Below are positions 15,001-27,090 of a DNA stretch of 34,546 nucleotides, piece after piece. Positions within the stretch are counted from its first letter, which is position 1. Each line of letters starts with the position of its first letter. The position numbers and the translations under genes are program-made. The stretch covers positions 1-34,546 of the forward strand of contig JAUCBJ010002974.1 in assembly GCA_032718475.1 (NCBI GenBank), read 5' to 3'. Source of the stretch: Nemertoderma westbladi. Lineage: Eukaryota > Animalia > Xenacoelomorpha. A model generated the notes under the pieces. The model was not told the origin of the DNA, made no database searches, and saw nothing but the letters and a program-made list of their open reading frames with translations.

Positions 15001-18000
15001 ACGTAGGTTATCTTCTACCTGAGTTGAAGTTATCTGTCTAAGTGTTTGCCCAATGGATGGACCTACTGTACTGTAGATACGTAGGTTATCTTCTACCTGG
15101 GTTGAAGTTATCTGTTTTGCCCAATGGATGGACCTACTGTACTGTAGATACGTAGGTTATCTTCTACCTGGGTTGAAGTTATCTGTCTAAGTGTTTGCCC
15201 AATGGATGGACCTACTGTACTGTAGATACGTAGGTTATCTTCTACCTGAGTTGAAGTTATCTGTCTAAGTGTTTGCCCAATGGATGGACCTACTGTACTG
15301 TAGATACGTAGGTTATCTTCTACCTGAGTCGAAGTTATCTGTCTAAGTGTTTGCCCAATGGATGGACCTACTGTACTGTAGATACGTAGGGTATCTTCTA
15401 CCTGGGTTGAAGTTATCTGTCTAAGTGTTTGCCCAATGGATGGATCTACTGTACTGTAGATACGTAGGTTATCTTCTACCTGGGTCGAAGTTATCTGTCT
15501 AAGTGTTTGCCCAATGGATGGACCTACTGTACTGTAGATACGTAGGTTATCTTCTACCCGGGTTGAAGTTATCTGTCTAAGTGTTTGCACAATGGATGGA
15601 TCTACTGTACTGTAGATACGTAGGTTATCTTCTACCCGGGTTGAAGTTATCTGTCTAAGTGTTTACCCAATGGATGGACCTACTGTACTGTAGATACGTA
15701 GGTTATCTTCTACCTGGGTTGAAGTTATCTGTCTAAGTGTTTGCACAATGGATGGACCTACTGTACTGTAGATACGTAGGGTATCTTCTACCCGGGTTGA
15801 AGTTATCTGTCTAAGTGTTTGCCCAATGGATGGACCTACTGTACTGTAGATACGTAGGTTATCTTCTACCTGGGTTGAAGTTATCTGTCTAAGTGTTTGC
15901 CCAATGGATGGACCTACTGTACTGTAGATATGTAGGTTATCTTCTACCCGGGTTGAAGTTATCTGTCTAAGTGTTTGCCCAATGGATGGACCTACTGTAC
16001 TGTAGATACGTAGGTTATCTTCTACCTGGGTTGAAGTTATCTGTCTAAGTGTTTGCACAATGGATGGACCTACTGTACTGTAGATACGTAGGGTATCTTC
16101 TACCCGGGTTGAAGTTATCTGTCTAAGTGTTTGCACAATGGATGGACCTACTGTACTGTAGATACGCAGGGTATCTTCTACCTGGGTTGAAGATATCTGT
16201 CTAAGTGTTTGCACAATGGATGGACCTACTGTACTGTAGATACGTAGGTTATCTTCTACCTGGGTTGAAGTTATCTGTCTAAGTGTTTGCCCAATGGATG
16301 GACCTACTGTACTGTAGATACGTAGGGTATCTTCTACCCGGGTTGAAGTTATCTGTCTAAGTGTTTGCACAATGGATGGACCTACTGTACTGTAGATACG
16401 TAGGGTATCTTCTACCTGGGTTGAAGACATCTGTCTAAGTGCTTGCCCAATGGATGGACCTACTGTACTGTAGATACGTAGGTTATCTTCTACCTGGGTC
16501 GAAGTTATCTGTCTAAGTGTTTGCACAATGGATGGACCTACTGTACTGTAGATACGTAGGTTATCTTCTACCCGGGTTGAAGTTATCTGTCAAGTGTTTG
16601 CACAATGGACGGACCTACTGTACTGTAGATACGTAGGTTATCTTCTACCTGGGTTGAAGATATCTGTCTAAGTGTTTGCACAATGGATGGACCTACTGTA
16701 CTGTAGATACGTAGGTTATCTTCTACCTGGGTTGAAGTTATCTGTCTAAGTGTTTGCCCAATGGATGGACCTACTGTACTGTAGATACGTAGGGTATCTT
16801 CTACCCGGGTCGAAGTTATCTGTCTAAGTGTTTGCCCAATGGATGGACCTACTGTACTGTAGATACGTAGGTTATCTTCTACCTGGGTTGAAGTTATCTG
16901 TCTACGTGTTTGCACAATGGATGGACCTACTGTACTGTAGATACGTAGGGTATCTTCTACCTGGGTTGAAGTTATCTGTCTAAGTGTTTGCCCAATGGAT
17001 GGATCTACTGTACTGTAGATACGTAGGTTATCTTCTACCTGGGTTGAAGTTATCTGTCTAAGTGTTTGCCCAATGGATGGACCTACTGTACTGTAGATAC
17101 GTAGGGTATCTTCTACCTGGGTTGAAGTTATCTGTTTTGCCCAATGGATGGATCTACTGTACTGTAGATACGTAGGTTATCTTCTACCCGGGTTGAAGTT
17201 ATCTGTCTAAGTGTTTGCACAATGGATGGACCTACTGTACTGTAGATACGTAGGGTATCTTCTACCTGGGTTGAAGTTATCTGTTTTGCCCAATGGATGG
17301 ACCTACTGTACTGTAGATACGTAGGTTATCGTCTACCTGGGTTGAAGTTATCTGTCTAAGTGTTTGCACAATGGATGGACCTACTGTACTGTAGATACGT
17401 AGGGTATCTTCTACCTGGGTTGAAGTTATCTGTTTTGCCCAATGGATGGACCTACTGTACTGTAGATACGTAGGGTATCTTCTACCCGGGTTGAAGTTAT
17501 CTGTCTAAGTGTTTGCCCAATGGATGGACCTACTGTACTGTAGATACGTAGGTTATCTTCTACCTGGGTTGAAGTTATCTGTCTAAGTGTTTGCCCAATG
17601 GATGGACCTACTGTACTGTAGATATGTAGGTTATCTTCTACCCGGGTTGAAGTTATCTGTCTAAGTGTTTGCCCAATGGATGGACCTACTGTACTGTAGA
17701 TACGTAGGTTATCTTCTACCTGGGTTGAAGTTATCTGTCTAAGTGTTTGCACAATGGATGGACCTACTGTACTGTAGATACGTAGGGTATCTTCTACCCG
17801 GGTTGAAGTTATCTGTCTAAGTGTTTGCACAATGGATGGACCTACTGTACTGTAGATACGCAGGGTATCTTCTACCTGGGTTGAAGATATCTGTCTAAGT
17901 GTTTGCACAATGGATGGACCTACTGTACTGTAGATACGTAGGTTATCTTCTACCTGGGTTGAAGTTATCTGTCTAAGTGTTTGCCCAATGGATGGACCTA

Positions 18001-21000
18001 CTGTACTGTAGATACGTAGGGTATCTTCTACCCGGGTTGAAGTTATCTGTCTAAGTGTTTGCACAATGGATGGACCTACTGTACTGTAGATACGTAGGGT
18101 ATCTTCTACCTGGGTTGAAGACATCTGTCTAAGTGCTTGCCCAATGGATGGACCTACTGTACTGTAGATACGTAGGTTATCTTCTACCTGGGTCGAAGTT
18201 ATCTGTCTAAGTGTTTGCACAATGGATGGACCTACTGTACTGTAGATACGTAGGTTATCTTCTACCCGGGTTGAAGTTATCTGTCAAGTGTTTGCACAAT
18301 GGACGGACCTACTGTACTGTAGATACGTAGGTTATCTTCTACCTGGGTTGAAGATATCTGTCTAAGTGTTTGCACAATGGATGGACCTACTGTACTGTAG
18401 ATACGTAGGTTATCTTCTACCTGGGTTGAAGTTATCTGTCTAAGTGTTTGCCCAATGGATGGACCTACTGTACTGTAGATACGTAGGGTATCTTCTACCC
18501 GGGTCGAAGTTATCTGTCTAAGTGTTTGCCCAATGGATGGACCTACTGTACTGTAGATACGTAGGTTATCTTCTACCTGGGTTGAAGTTATCTGTCTACG
18601 TGTTTGCACAATGGATGGACCTACTGTACTGTAGATACGTAGGGTATCTTCTACCTGGGTTGAAGTTATCTGTCTAAGTGTTTGCCCAATGGATGGATCT
18701 ACTGTACTGTAGATACGTAGGTTATCTTCTACCTGGGTTGAAGTTATCTGTCTAAGTGTTTGCCCAATGGATGGACCTACTGTACTGTAGATACGTAGGG
18801 TATCTTCTACCTGGGTTGAAGTTATCTGTTTTGCCCAATGGATGGATCTACTGTACTGTAGATACGTAGGTTATCTTCTACCCGGGTTGAAGTTATCTGT
18901 CTAAGTGTTTGCACAATGGATGGACCTACTGTACTGTAGATACGTAGGGTATCTTCTACCTGGGTTGAAGTTATCTGTTTTGCCCAATGGATGGACCTAC
19001 TGTACTGTAGATACGTAGGTTATCGTCTACCTGGGTTGAAGTTATCTGTCTAAGTGTTTGCACAATGGATGGACCTACTGTACTGTAGATACGTAGGGTA
19101 TCTTCTACCTGGGTTGAAGTTATCTGTTTTGCCCAATGGATGGACCTACTGTACTGTAGATACGTAGGTTATCTTCTACCTGGTTGAAGTTATCTGTCTA
19201 AGTGTTTGCACAATGGATGGACCTACTGTACTGTAGATACGTAGGGTATCTTCTACCCGGGTTGAAGTTATCTGTCTAAGTGTTTGCCCAATGGATGGAT
19301 CTACTGTACTGTAGATACGTAGGTTATCTTCTACCTGGGTTGAAGTTATCTGTCTAAGTGTTTGCCCAATGGATGGACCTACTGTACTGTAGATACGTAG
19401 GTTATCTTCTACCTGGGTTGAAGTTATCTGTTTTGCCCAATGGATGGATCTACTGTACTGTAGATACGTAGGTTATCTTCTACCCGGGTTGAAGTTATCT
19501 GTCTAAGTGTTTGCACAATGGATGGACCTACTGTACTGTAGATACGTAGGGTATCTTCTACCTGGGTTGAAGTTATCTGTTTTGCCCAATGGATGGACCT
19601 ACTGTACTGTAGATACGTAGGTTATCGTCTACCTGGGTTGAAGTTATCTGTCTAAGTGTTTGCACAATGGATGGACCTACTGTACTGTAGATACGTAGGG
19701 TATCTTCTACCTGGGTTGAAGTTATCTGTTTTGCCCAATGGATGGACCTACTGTACTGTAGATACGTAGGTTATCTTCTACCTGGGTTGAAGTTATCTGT
19801 CTAAGTGTTTGCCCAATGGATGGATCTACTGTACTGTAGATACGTAGGTTATCTTCTACCTGGGTTGAAGTTATCTGTCTAAGTGTTTGCCCAATGGATG
19901 GATCTACTGTACTGTAGATACGTAGGTTATCTTCTACCTGGGTTGAAGTTATCTGTCTAAGTGTTTGCCCAATGGATGGATCTACTGTACTGTAGATACG
20001 TAGGTTATCTTCTACCTGGGTTGAAGTTATCTGTCTAAGTGTTTGCCCAATGGATGGACCTACTGTACTGTAGATACGTAGGTTATCTTCTACCTGGGTT
20101 GAAGTTATCTGTCTAAGTGTTTGCACAATGGATGGATCTACTGTACTGTAGATACGTAGGTTATCTTCTACCTGGGTTGAAGTTATCTGTCTAAGTGTTT
20201 GCCCAATGGATGGACCTACTGTACTGTAGATACGTAGGTTATCTTCTATCCGGGTTGAAGTTATCTGTCTAAGTGTTTGCACAATGGATGGACCTACTGT
20301 ACTGTAGATACGTAGGTTATCTTCTACCCGGGTTGAAGTTATCTGTCTAAGTGTTTGCACAATGGATGGACCTACTGTACTGTAGATACGTAGGTTATCT
20401 TCTACCCGGGTTGAAGTTATCTGTCTAAGTGTTTGCACAATGGATGGACCTACTGTACTGTAGATACGTAGGTTATCTTCTACCCGGGTTGAAGTTATCT
20501 GTCTAAGTGTTTGCCCAATGGATGGACCTACTGTACTGTAGATACGTAGGGTATCTTCTACCCGGGTTGAAGTTATCTGTCTAAGTGTTTGCCCAATGGA
20601 TGGACCTACTGTACTGTAGATACGTAGGTTATCTTCTACCCGGGTTGAAGTTATCTGTCTAAGTGTTTTCACAATGGATGGACCTACTGTACTGTAGATA
20701 CGTAGGTTATCGTCTACCTGGGTTGAAGTTATCTGTCTAAGTGTTTGCCCAATGGATGGACCTACTGTACTGTAGATACGTAGGTTATCTTCTACCCGGG
20801 TTGAAGTTATCTGTCTAAGTGTTTGCCCAATGGATGGACCTACTGTACTGTAGATACGTAGGTTATCTTCTACCTGAGTTGAAGTTATCTGTCTAAGTGT
20901 TTGCCCAATGGATGGACCTACTGTACTGTAGATACGTAGGTTATCTTCTACCTGGGTTGAAGTTATCTGTCTAAGTGTTTGCCCAATGGATGGACCTACT

Positions 21001-24000
21001 GTACTGTAGATACGTAGGTTATCTTCTACCTGGGTTGAAGTTATCTGTCTAAGTGTTTGCCCAATGGATGGACCTACTGTACTGTAGATACGTAGGGTAT
21101 CTTCTACCCGGGTTGAAGTTATCTGTCTAAGTGTTTGCCCAATGGATGGACCTACTGTACTGTAGATACGTAGGGTATCTTCTACCCGGGTTGAAGTTAT
21201 CTGTCTAAGTGTTTGCCCAATGGATGGACCTACTGTACTGTAGATACGTAGGTTATCTTCTACCTGGGTTGAAGTTATCTGTCTAAGTGTTTGCCCAATG
21301 GATGGACCTACTGTACTGTAGATACGTAGGTTATCTTCTACCTGGGTTGAAGTTATCTGTCTAAGTGTTTTCACAATGGATGGACCTACTGTACTGTAGA
21401 TACGTAGGTTATCTTCTACCTGGGTTGAAGTTATCTGTCTAAGTGTTTGCCCAATGGATGGACCTACTGTACTGTAGATACGTAGGGTATCTTCTACCCG
21501 GGTTGAAGTTATCTGTCTAAGTGTTTTCACAATGGATGGACCTACTGTACTGTAGATACGTAGGTTATCTTCTACCTGGGTTGAAGTTATCTGTCTAAGT
21601 GTTTGCACAATGGATGGACCTACTGTACTGTAGATACGTAGGGTATCTTCTACCCGGGTTGAAGTTATCTGTCTAAGTGTTTGCACAATGGATGGACCTA
21701 CTGTACTGTAGATACGTAGGTTATCTTCTACCTGGGTTGAAGTTATCTGTCTAAGTGTTTGCCCAATGCATGGATCTACTGTACTGTAGATACGTAGGTT
21801 ATCTTCTACCTGGGTTGAAGTTATCTGTCTAAGTGTTTGCCAAATGGATGGACCTACTGTACTGTAGATACGTAGGTTATCTTCTACCTGGGTTGAAGTT
21901 ATCTGTCTAAGTGTTTGCCCAATAGATGGACCTACTTTACTGTAGATACGTAGGTTATCTTCTACCTGGGTTGAAGTTATCTGTCTAAGTGTTTGCCCAA
22001 TGGATGGACCTACTGTACTGTAGATACGTAGGTTATCTTCTACCTGGGTTGAAGTTATCTGTCTAAGTGTTTGCCCAATGGATGGACCTACTGTACTGTA
22101 GATACGTAGGTTATCTTCTACCTGGGTTGAAGTTATCTGTCTAAGTGTTTGCCCAATGGATGGACCTACTGTACTGTAGATACGTAGGTTATCTTCTACC
22201 CGGTTGAAGTTATCTGTCTACGTGTTTGCCCAATGGATGGACCTACTGTACTGTAGATACGTAGGTTATCTTCTACCTGGGTTGAAGTTATCTGTCTAAG
22301 TGTTTGCCCAATAGATGGACCTACTTTACTGTAGATACGTAGGTTATCTTCTACCTGGGTTGAAGTTATGTGTCTAAGTGTTTGCCCAATGGATGGACCT
22401 ACTGTACTGTAGATACGTAGGTTATCTTCTACCTGGGTTGAAATTATCGGTCTAAGTGTTTGCCCAATAGATGGACCTACTTTACTGTAGATACGTAGGT
22501 TATCTTCTACCCGGTTGAAGTTATCTGTCTACGTGTTTGCCCAATGGATGGACCTACTGTACTGTAGATACGTAGGTTATCTTCTACCTGGGTTGAAGTT
22601 ATCTGTCTAAGTGTTTGCCCAATAGATGGACCTACTTTACTGTAGATACGTAGGTTATCTTCTACCTGGGTTGAAGTTATCTGTCTAAGTGTTTTCACAA
22701 TGGATGGACCTACTGTACTGTAGATACGTAGGTTATCTTCTACCTGGGTTGAAGTTATCTGTCTAAGTGTTTGCCCAATGGATGGACCTACTGTACTGTA
22801 GATACGTAGGGTATCTTCTACCTGGGTTGAAGTCATCTGTCTAAGTGTTTGCCAAATGGATGGACCTACTGTACTGTAGATACGTAGGTTATCTTCTACC
22901 TGGGTTGAAGTTATCTGTCTAAGTGTTTGCACAATGGATGGATCTACTGTACTGTAGATACGTAGGGTATCTTCTACCCGGGTTGAAGTTATCTGTCTAA
23001 GTGTTTGCCCAATGGATGGACCTACTGTACTGTAGATACGTAGGTTATCTTCTACCTGGGTTGAAGTTATCTGTCTAAGTGTTTGCCAAATGGATGGACC
23101 TACTGTACTGTAGATACGTAGGTTATCTTCTACCTGGGTTGAAGTTATCTGTCTAAGTGTTTGCACAATGGATGGACCTACTGTACTGTAGATACGTAGG
23201 GTATCTTCTACCCGGGTTGAAGTTATCTGTCTAAGTGTTTGCCCAATGGATGGACCTACTGTACTGTAGATACGTAGGTTATCTTCTACCTGGGTTGAAG
23301 TTATCTGTCTAAGTGTTTGCACAATGGATGGACCTACTGTACTGTAGATACGTAGGTTATCTTCTACCTGGGTTGAAGTTATCTGTCTAAGTGTTTGCAC
23401 AATGGATGGACCTACTGTACTGTAGATACGTAGGTTATCTTCTACCTGGGTTGAAGTTATCTGTCTAAGTGTTTGCCCAATGGATGGACCTACTGTACTG
23501 TAGATACGTAGGTTATCTTCTACCTGGGTTGAAGTTATCTGTCTAAGTGTTTGCCCAATGGATGGACCTACTGTACTGTAGATACGTAGGTTATCTTCTA
23601 CCTGGGTTGAAGTTATCTGTCTAAGTGTTTGCACAATGGATGGACCTACTGTACTGTAGATACGTAGGTTATCTTCTACCTGGGTTGAAGTTATCTGTCT
23701 AAGTGTTTGCCCAATGGATGGACCTACTGTACTGTAGATACGTAGGTTATCTTCTACCTGGGTTGAAGTTATCTGTCTAAGTGTTTGCCCAATGGATGGA
23801 CCTACTGTACTGTAGATACGTAGGTTATCTTCTACCTGGGTTGAAGTTATCTGTCTAAGTGTTTGCCCAATGGATGGACCTACTGTACTGTAGATACGTA
23901 GGTTATCTTCTACCTGGGTTGAAGTTATCTGTCTAAGTGTTTGCCCAATGGATGGACCTACTGTACTGTAGATACGTAGGGTATCTTCTACCCGGGTTGA

Positions 24001-24592
24001 AGTTATCTGTCTAAGTGTTTGCCCAATGGATGGACCTACTGTACTGTAGATACGTAGGTTATCTTCTACCTGGGTTGAAGTTATCTGTCTAAGTGTTTGC
24101 ACAATGGATGGACCTACTGTACTGTAGATACGTAGGTTATCTTCTACCTGGGTTGAAGTTATCTGTCTAAGTGTTTGCCCAATGGATGGACCTACTGTAC
24201 TGTAGATACGTAGGTTATCTTCTACCTGGGTTGAAGTTATCTGTCTAAGTGTTTGCCCAATGGATGGACCTACTGTACTGTAGATACGTAGGTTATCTTC
24301 TACCTGGGTTGAAGTTATCTGTCTAAGTGTTTGCCCAATGGATGGACCTACTGTACTGTGGATACGTAGGTTATCTTCTACCTGGGTTGAAGTTATCTGT
24401 CTAAGTGTTTGCCCAATGGATGGACCTACTGTACTGTAGATACGTAGGTTATCTTCTACCTGGGTTGAAGTTATCTGTCTAAGTGTTTGCCAAATGGATG
24501 GACCTACTGTACTGTAGATACGTAGGTTATCTTCTACCTGGGTTGAAGTTATCTGTCTAAGTGTTTGCACAATGGATGGACCTACTGTACTG
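1..24592. repeat. 78-bp tandem satellite array, ~315 monomers
   Basis: Consensus GTTGAAGTTATCTGTCTAAGTGTTTGCCCAATGGATGGACCTACTGTACTGTAGATACGTAGGTTATCTTCTACCTGG (78 nt) repeats head-to-tail without spacers. It has a few recurrent substitutions and 1-, 2- and 7-bp deletions. The first ~16 nt are degenerate, and the array ends abruptly at ...CCTACTGTACTG|AGGGCCCT. Confidence 0.99.
15750..19140. repeat. Tandem duplication of a 22-monomer (1694-bp) higher-order unit inside the satellite
   Basis: Rare variants recur at an offset of 1694: GATATGTAGG (T at 15931/17625), GATACGCAGG, GAAGACATC..GCTTGCC, GGACGGACC, TCTACGTG. ORFs 16583..16915 and 18277..18609 are identical. 22x78 minus three 7-bp and one 1-bp deletions = 1694. 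Boundaries approximate. Confidence 0.92.
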
Positions 24593-24695
24593 AGGGCCCT
24601 TTCCCTGCAAGAAAACCGGCGCGGTAGCTACCAAGATAAAGCGCCGTCCCAGATTGTGAGAACCCTATACCCATGACCTAGGCACATTGTAGTAC

Positions 24696-24794
24696 ATCTC
24701 AGCAACTGCCCAGACGATTTTCTTGAAATTTGCACACGACCTGCGCCGCGGTTCCATATAACCCTGTACCAAATTTCAAATAAATTCATAAATT
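24696..24794 (+). repeat. Diverged ~99-bp direct repeat, copy 1 (Helentron-core-like)
   Basis: Aligns co-linearly with 25233-25331. Contains the perfect inverted pair TTGAAATTTG (24723-24732) / CAAATTTCAA (24770-24779). Confidence 0.8.
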
Positions 24795-25232
24795 AGGGGC
24801 CGAGTGAGAATGTTTTAAAGTTATTAAAAATTAATAAAAACTATTAGAAATATATCTTGCCGATATCTGATTGGGAAGAGCACCGAGGCAGTTCGCTGGT
24901 AGAATTAATTCAGAGTTGGCTTGGCAACCATAATACAGTAGGTAGGTAGACCTGCTAGTACGCTGTTATCTCAGTAGTAATATGGCCGCCATCTAATGTG
25001 TACTATTTATAGACAATTTGATTTAATGATAACCACAGTGTCTGACTACTGGGGTTGTTTAATGACGGATGTTATACTATAGCCAGTCTGCCCAGCAATA
25101 CACATATCCATTATATGAACAATGTTTACAGTTAATCTATTGAATGGGGCTAATCAGTAGTGGGTAAATGATGCGAATTATAATGGTAGTGGCAAAGCAG
25201 TATATATGCACACTCTAGTCCTAAATCAGTCG

Positions 25233-25331
25233 ATCTCAGGAACTGCAGATACGATTTTTTTTTAATTTGCACACAATATGAAGGGGGGTACCAGAAATAC
25301 GTGTACCAAATTTCAAGTAAATTGATCAATT
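25233..25331 (+). repeat. Diverged ~99-bp direct repeat, copy 2
   Basis: ATCTCAGGAACTGCAGATACGATTTT...AATTTGCACAC...TGTACCAAATTTCAAGTAAATT matches copy 1 at both ends with a diverged middle. Confidence 0.8.
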
Positions 25332-25332
25332 T

Positions 25333-25815
25333 ACTAATATATTTATAATTAAAAAGGTAATAAATTTCGCTATTTAAGAAAACTATAGGTCCTATGGGAA
25401 AATGATGAAATTCAAAGTTGTAGATAATCATCCGCGTATCCCATCGGTGGAATAAAATGTTGACTTTATTTATAACTAATATATTTATAATTAAAAAGGT
25501 AATAAATTTCGCTATTTAAGAAAACTATAGGTCCTATAGGAAAATGATGAAATTCAAAGTTGTAGATAATCATCCGCGTAGCCCATCGGTGGAATAAAAT
25601 GTTGACTTTATTTATAACTAATATATTTATAGGCCCTAATTAAAAAGGTAATAAATTTCGCTATTTAAGAAAACTATAGGTCCTATAGGAAAATGATGAA
25701 ATTCAAAGTTGTAGATAATCATCCGCATATCCCATCGGTGGAATAAAATTTTGATTTTATTTATAACTAATTTATTTATAATTAAAAAGTTTATAAATTT
25801 AACTATTTAAGTAAA
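25333..25815. repeat. 142-bp AT-rich tandem repeat, ~3.3 copies
   Basis: Units begin ACTAAT at 25333, 25475, 25617 and 25766 (periods 142, 142, 149). Copy 3 carries a 7-bp GGCCCTA insertion. Contains the near-palindrome CTATAGGTCCTATAG. Confidence 0.96.
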
Positions 25816-26118
25816 TAATCCGAAACGTTTATTTCCGAAATGTTTAATTGTACAATGCGAATTCGAATCTACCAATTATTTTTAGGAACGATTAGAAGAC
25901 CACCGGGGCTACATGTTTAGATTATGATTTATTTGTTCCAGAACGTTGTTACAGCTGTACAGGGTGGGTGGGCAATTTGGTGCTAGTGAATATTTAGAGT
26001 TCATTTATTTAGCTCAAAATGCTTAGAATTCTCAAGTTGTTTACATTGATATCACAATTTTGAAAGAAATATTTATCAAGAAGGTCAAAACTGAAGCCAT
26101 TCTCGGACGTCCGCTCTT

Positions 26119-26192
26119 GGTTGAAGTTATCTGTCTAAGTGTTTGCCCAATGGATGGACCTACTGTACTGTAGATACGTAGGTTATCTTCTA
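26119..26192. repeat. Solitary (orphan) copy of the 78-bp satellite monomer
   Basis: 74 nt, GGTTGAAG...GGTTATCTTCTA, identical to the array consensus and in the same orientation, flanked by non-satellite sequence. Confidence 0.97.
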
Positions 26193-27005
26193 TTCTTCTA
26201 TGGTAATTTTGATATAAATTTATTGCTTTTGAAAAATTAATCTGGGTTTTGGTATGTTGGCGATATTTCGGGTAGTAAATATTTTGAGATAGACAAAATC
26301 GATCCTCGAACATCCAATTAATTGGCCATGTTTTACAAAACCGATATTGACGATTGTAGCCATAAAGCTGCCATACATTCTGGTACCTGTTTGATGAAAA
26401 TAGAGTGAAAAATAAAAAACCATTAGGGAATTTAGTGATGAAAAATGTTTAAATCAACAAACTGAGAAAAGGGTTGTTTTTTACAGAGTCATGAATATCA
26501 GCCATAAAAAGAAGGCCTACTGTTCTTGTTTACACAACAAATATTATAAGCATCATTTTTGGACTTTACCCTTCCCTGGGGTATTTTTTTTAATTTTTCA
26601 TATTTGATATTTTATCGATAAAAATATTGAAAATTTTCAAAGGAATTTAAATAATTTTTTATGTTAAAAAAGTAAAACACATCGTCAAAAATTTAAAATT
26701 TTGAAAAAGTGCTGTTTTGTGGTGAAAAAAATACTCGATGGTGAAAACCGATGTCACAACATGAAGCCCTTCTATTAAACATCAAAAATAGAAAAAAATA
26801 TATTTTTTTAGCTTGTAAATTTTTGAAATTTATCTTCCATTCGTGGTAATGGTTGCCTTGACTTGTTGAAAAAGTAATTAAAGAATTAATAAATCCAAAG
26901 CTAATTTCTCGTAGATAAATGACTTTTAAAATAATACTGCACACCATACATATGTTTGATCAATGCTACGTTTCAAATGGTAATTATTCCGCCATTCCGT
27001 AAACT

Positions 27006-27032
27006 TTCTAAAATCCGTATCGGATTCTAGAA
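27006..27032. other. Hairpin, 12-bp arms, 3-nt loop
   Basis: TTCTAAAATCCG-TAT-CGGATTCTAGAA, one mismatch. A weaker outer pairing extends to about 26986-27049. Confidence 0.8.
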
Positions 27033-27073
27033 TTGGGGGACGGCGAGATGTTAACTTTGGAACATCATCCTGG

Positions 27074-27090
27074 CTTCTTCTTCTTCTTCT
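27074..27090. repeat. (CTT)5 microsatellite
   Basis: CTTCTTCTTCTTCTTCT directly abuts the first minisatellite unit. Confidence 0.9.

Larger units (their letters stand above)
24608..27054. mobile_element. Putative non-autonomous Helentron/HINE (DINE-1-like) element or composite of fragments
   Basis: Left end: CAAG, palindrome GGTAGCTACC (24623-24632), then CGCCGTCCC (24642-24650), whose exact complement GGGACGGCG lies at 27037-27045 in a hairpin region next to a (CTT)n tract. Two internal ATCTCAG.AACTGC..CGATTT..AATTTGCACAC..TGTACCAAATTTCAA cores and internal tandem repeats. Family assignment is from recalled architecture, not a search. Confidence 0.45.

Noticed and set aside
462-24570. Minus-strand repeat ORFs as genuine genes
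   Set aside because: Starts are mostly GTG artefacts within the repeat, and the frame is repeatedly broken by 1-, 2- and 7-bp deletions and stops that were themselves duplicated.
1-24592. CRISPR-like array
   Set aside because: Monomers are contiguous and near-identical over their whole length, with no unique spacers and no cas genes.
1-24592. Centromeric or telomeric identity of the satellite (dimer 156 bp is nucleosome-sized)
   Set aside because: No telomeric motif, and function cannot be inferred from monomer length without CENP-A ChIP or FISH data.
24985-24994. YY1/Pho-like motif GCCGCCATCT
   Set aside because: Single short imperfect match with no promoter context; common in transposon-derived DNA.
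25150-26947. Short minus-strand ORFs (93, 90, 67, 84 aa)
   Set aside because: F/I/K/N/Y-rich translations typical of AT-rich non-coding DNA, overlapping repeats, with no motifs.
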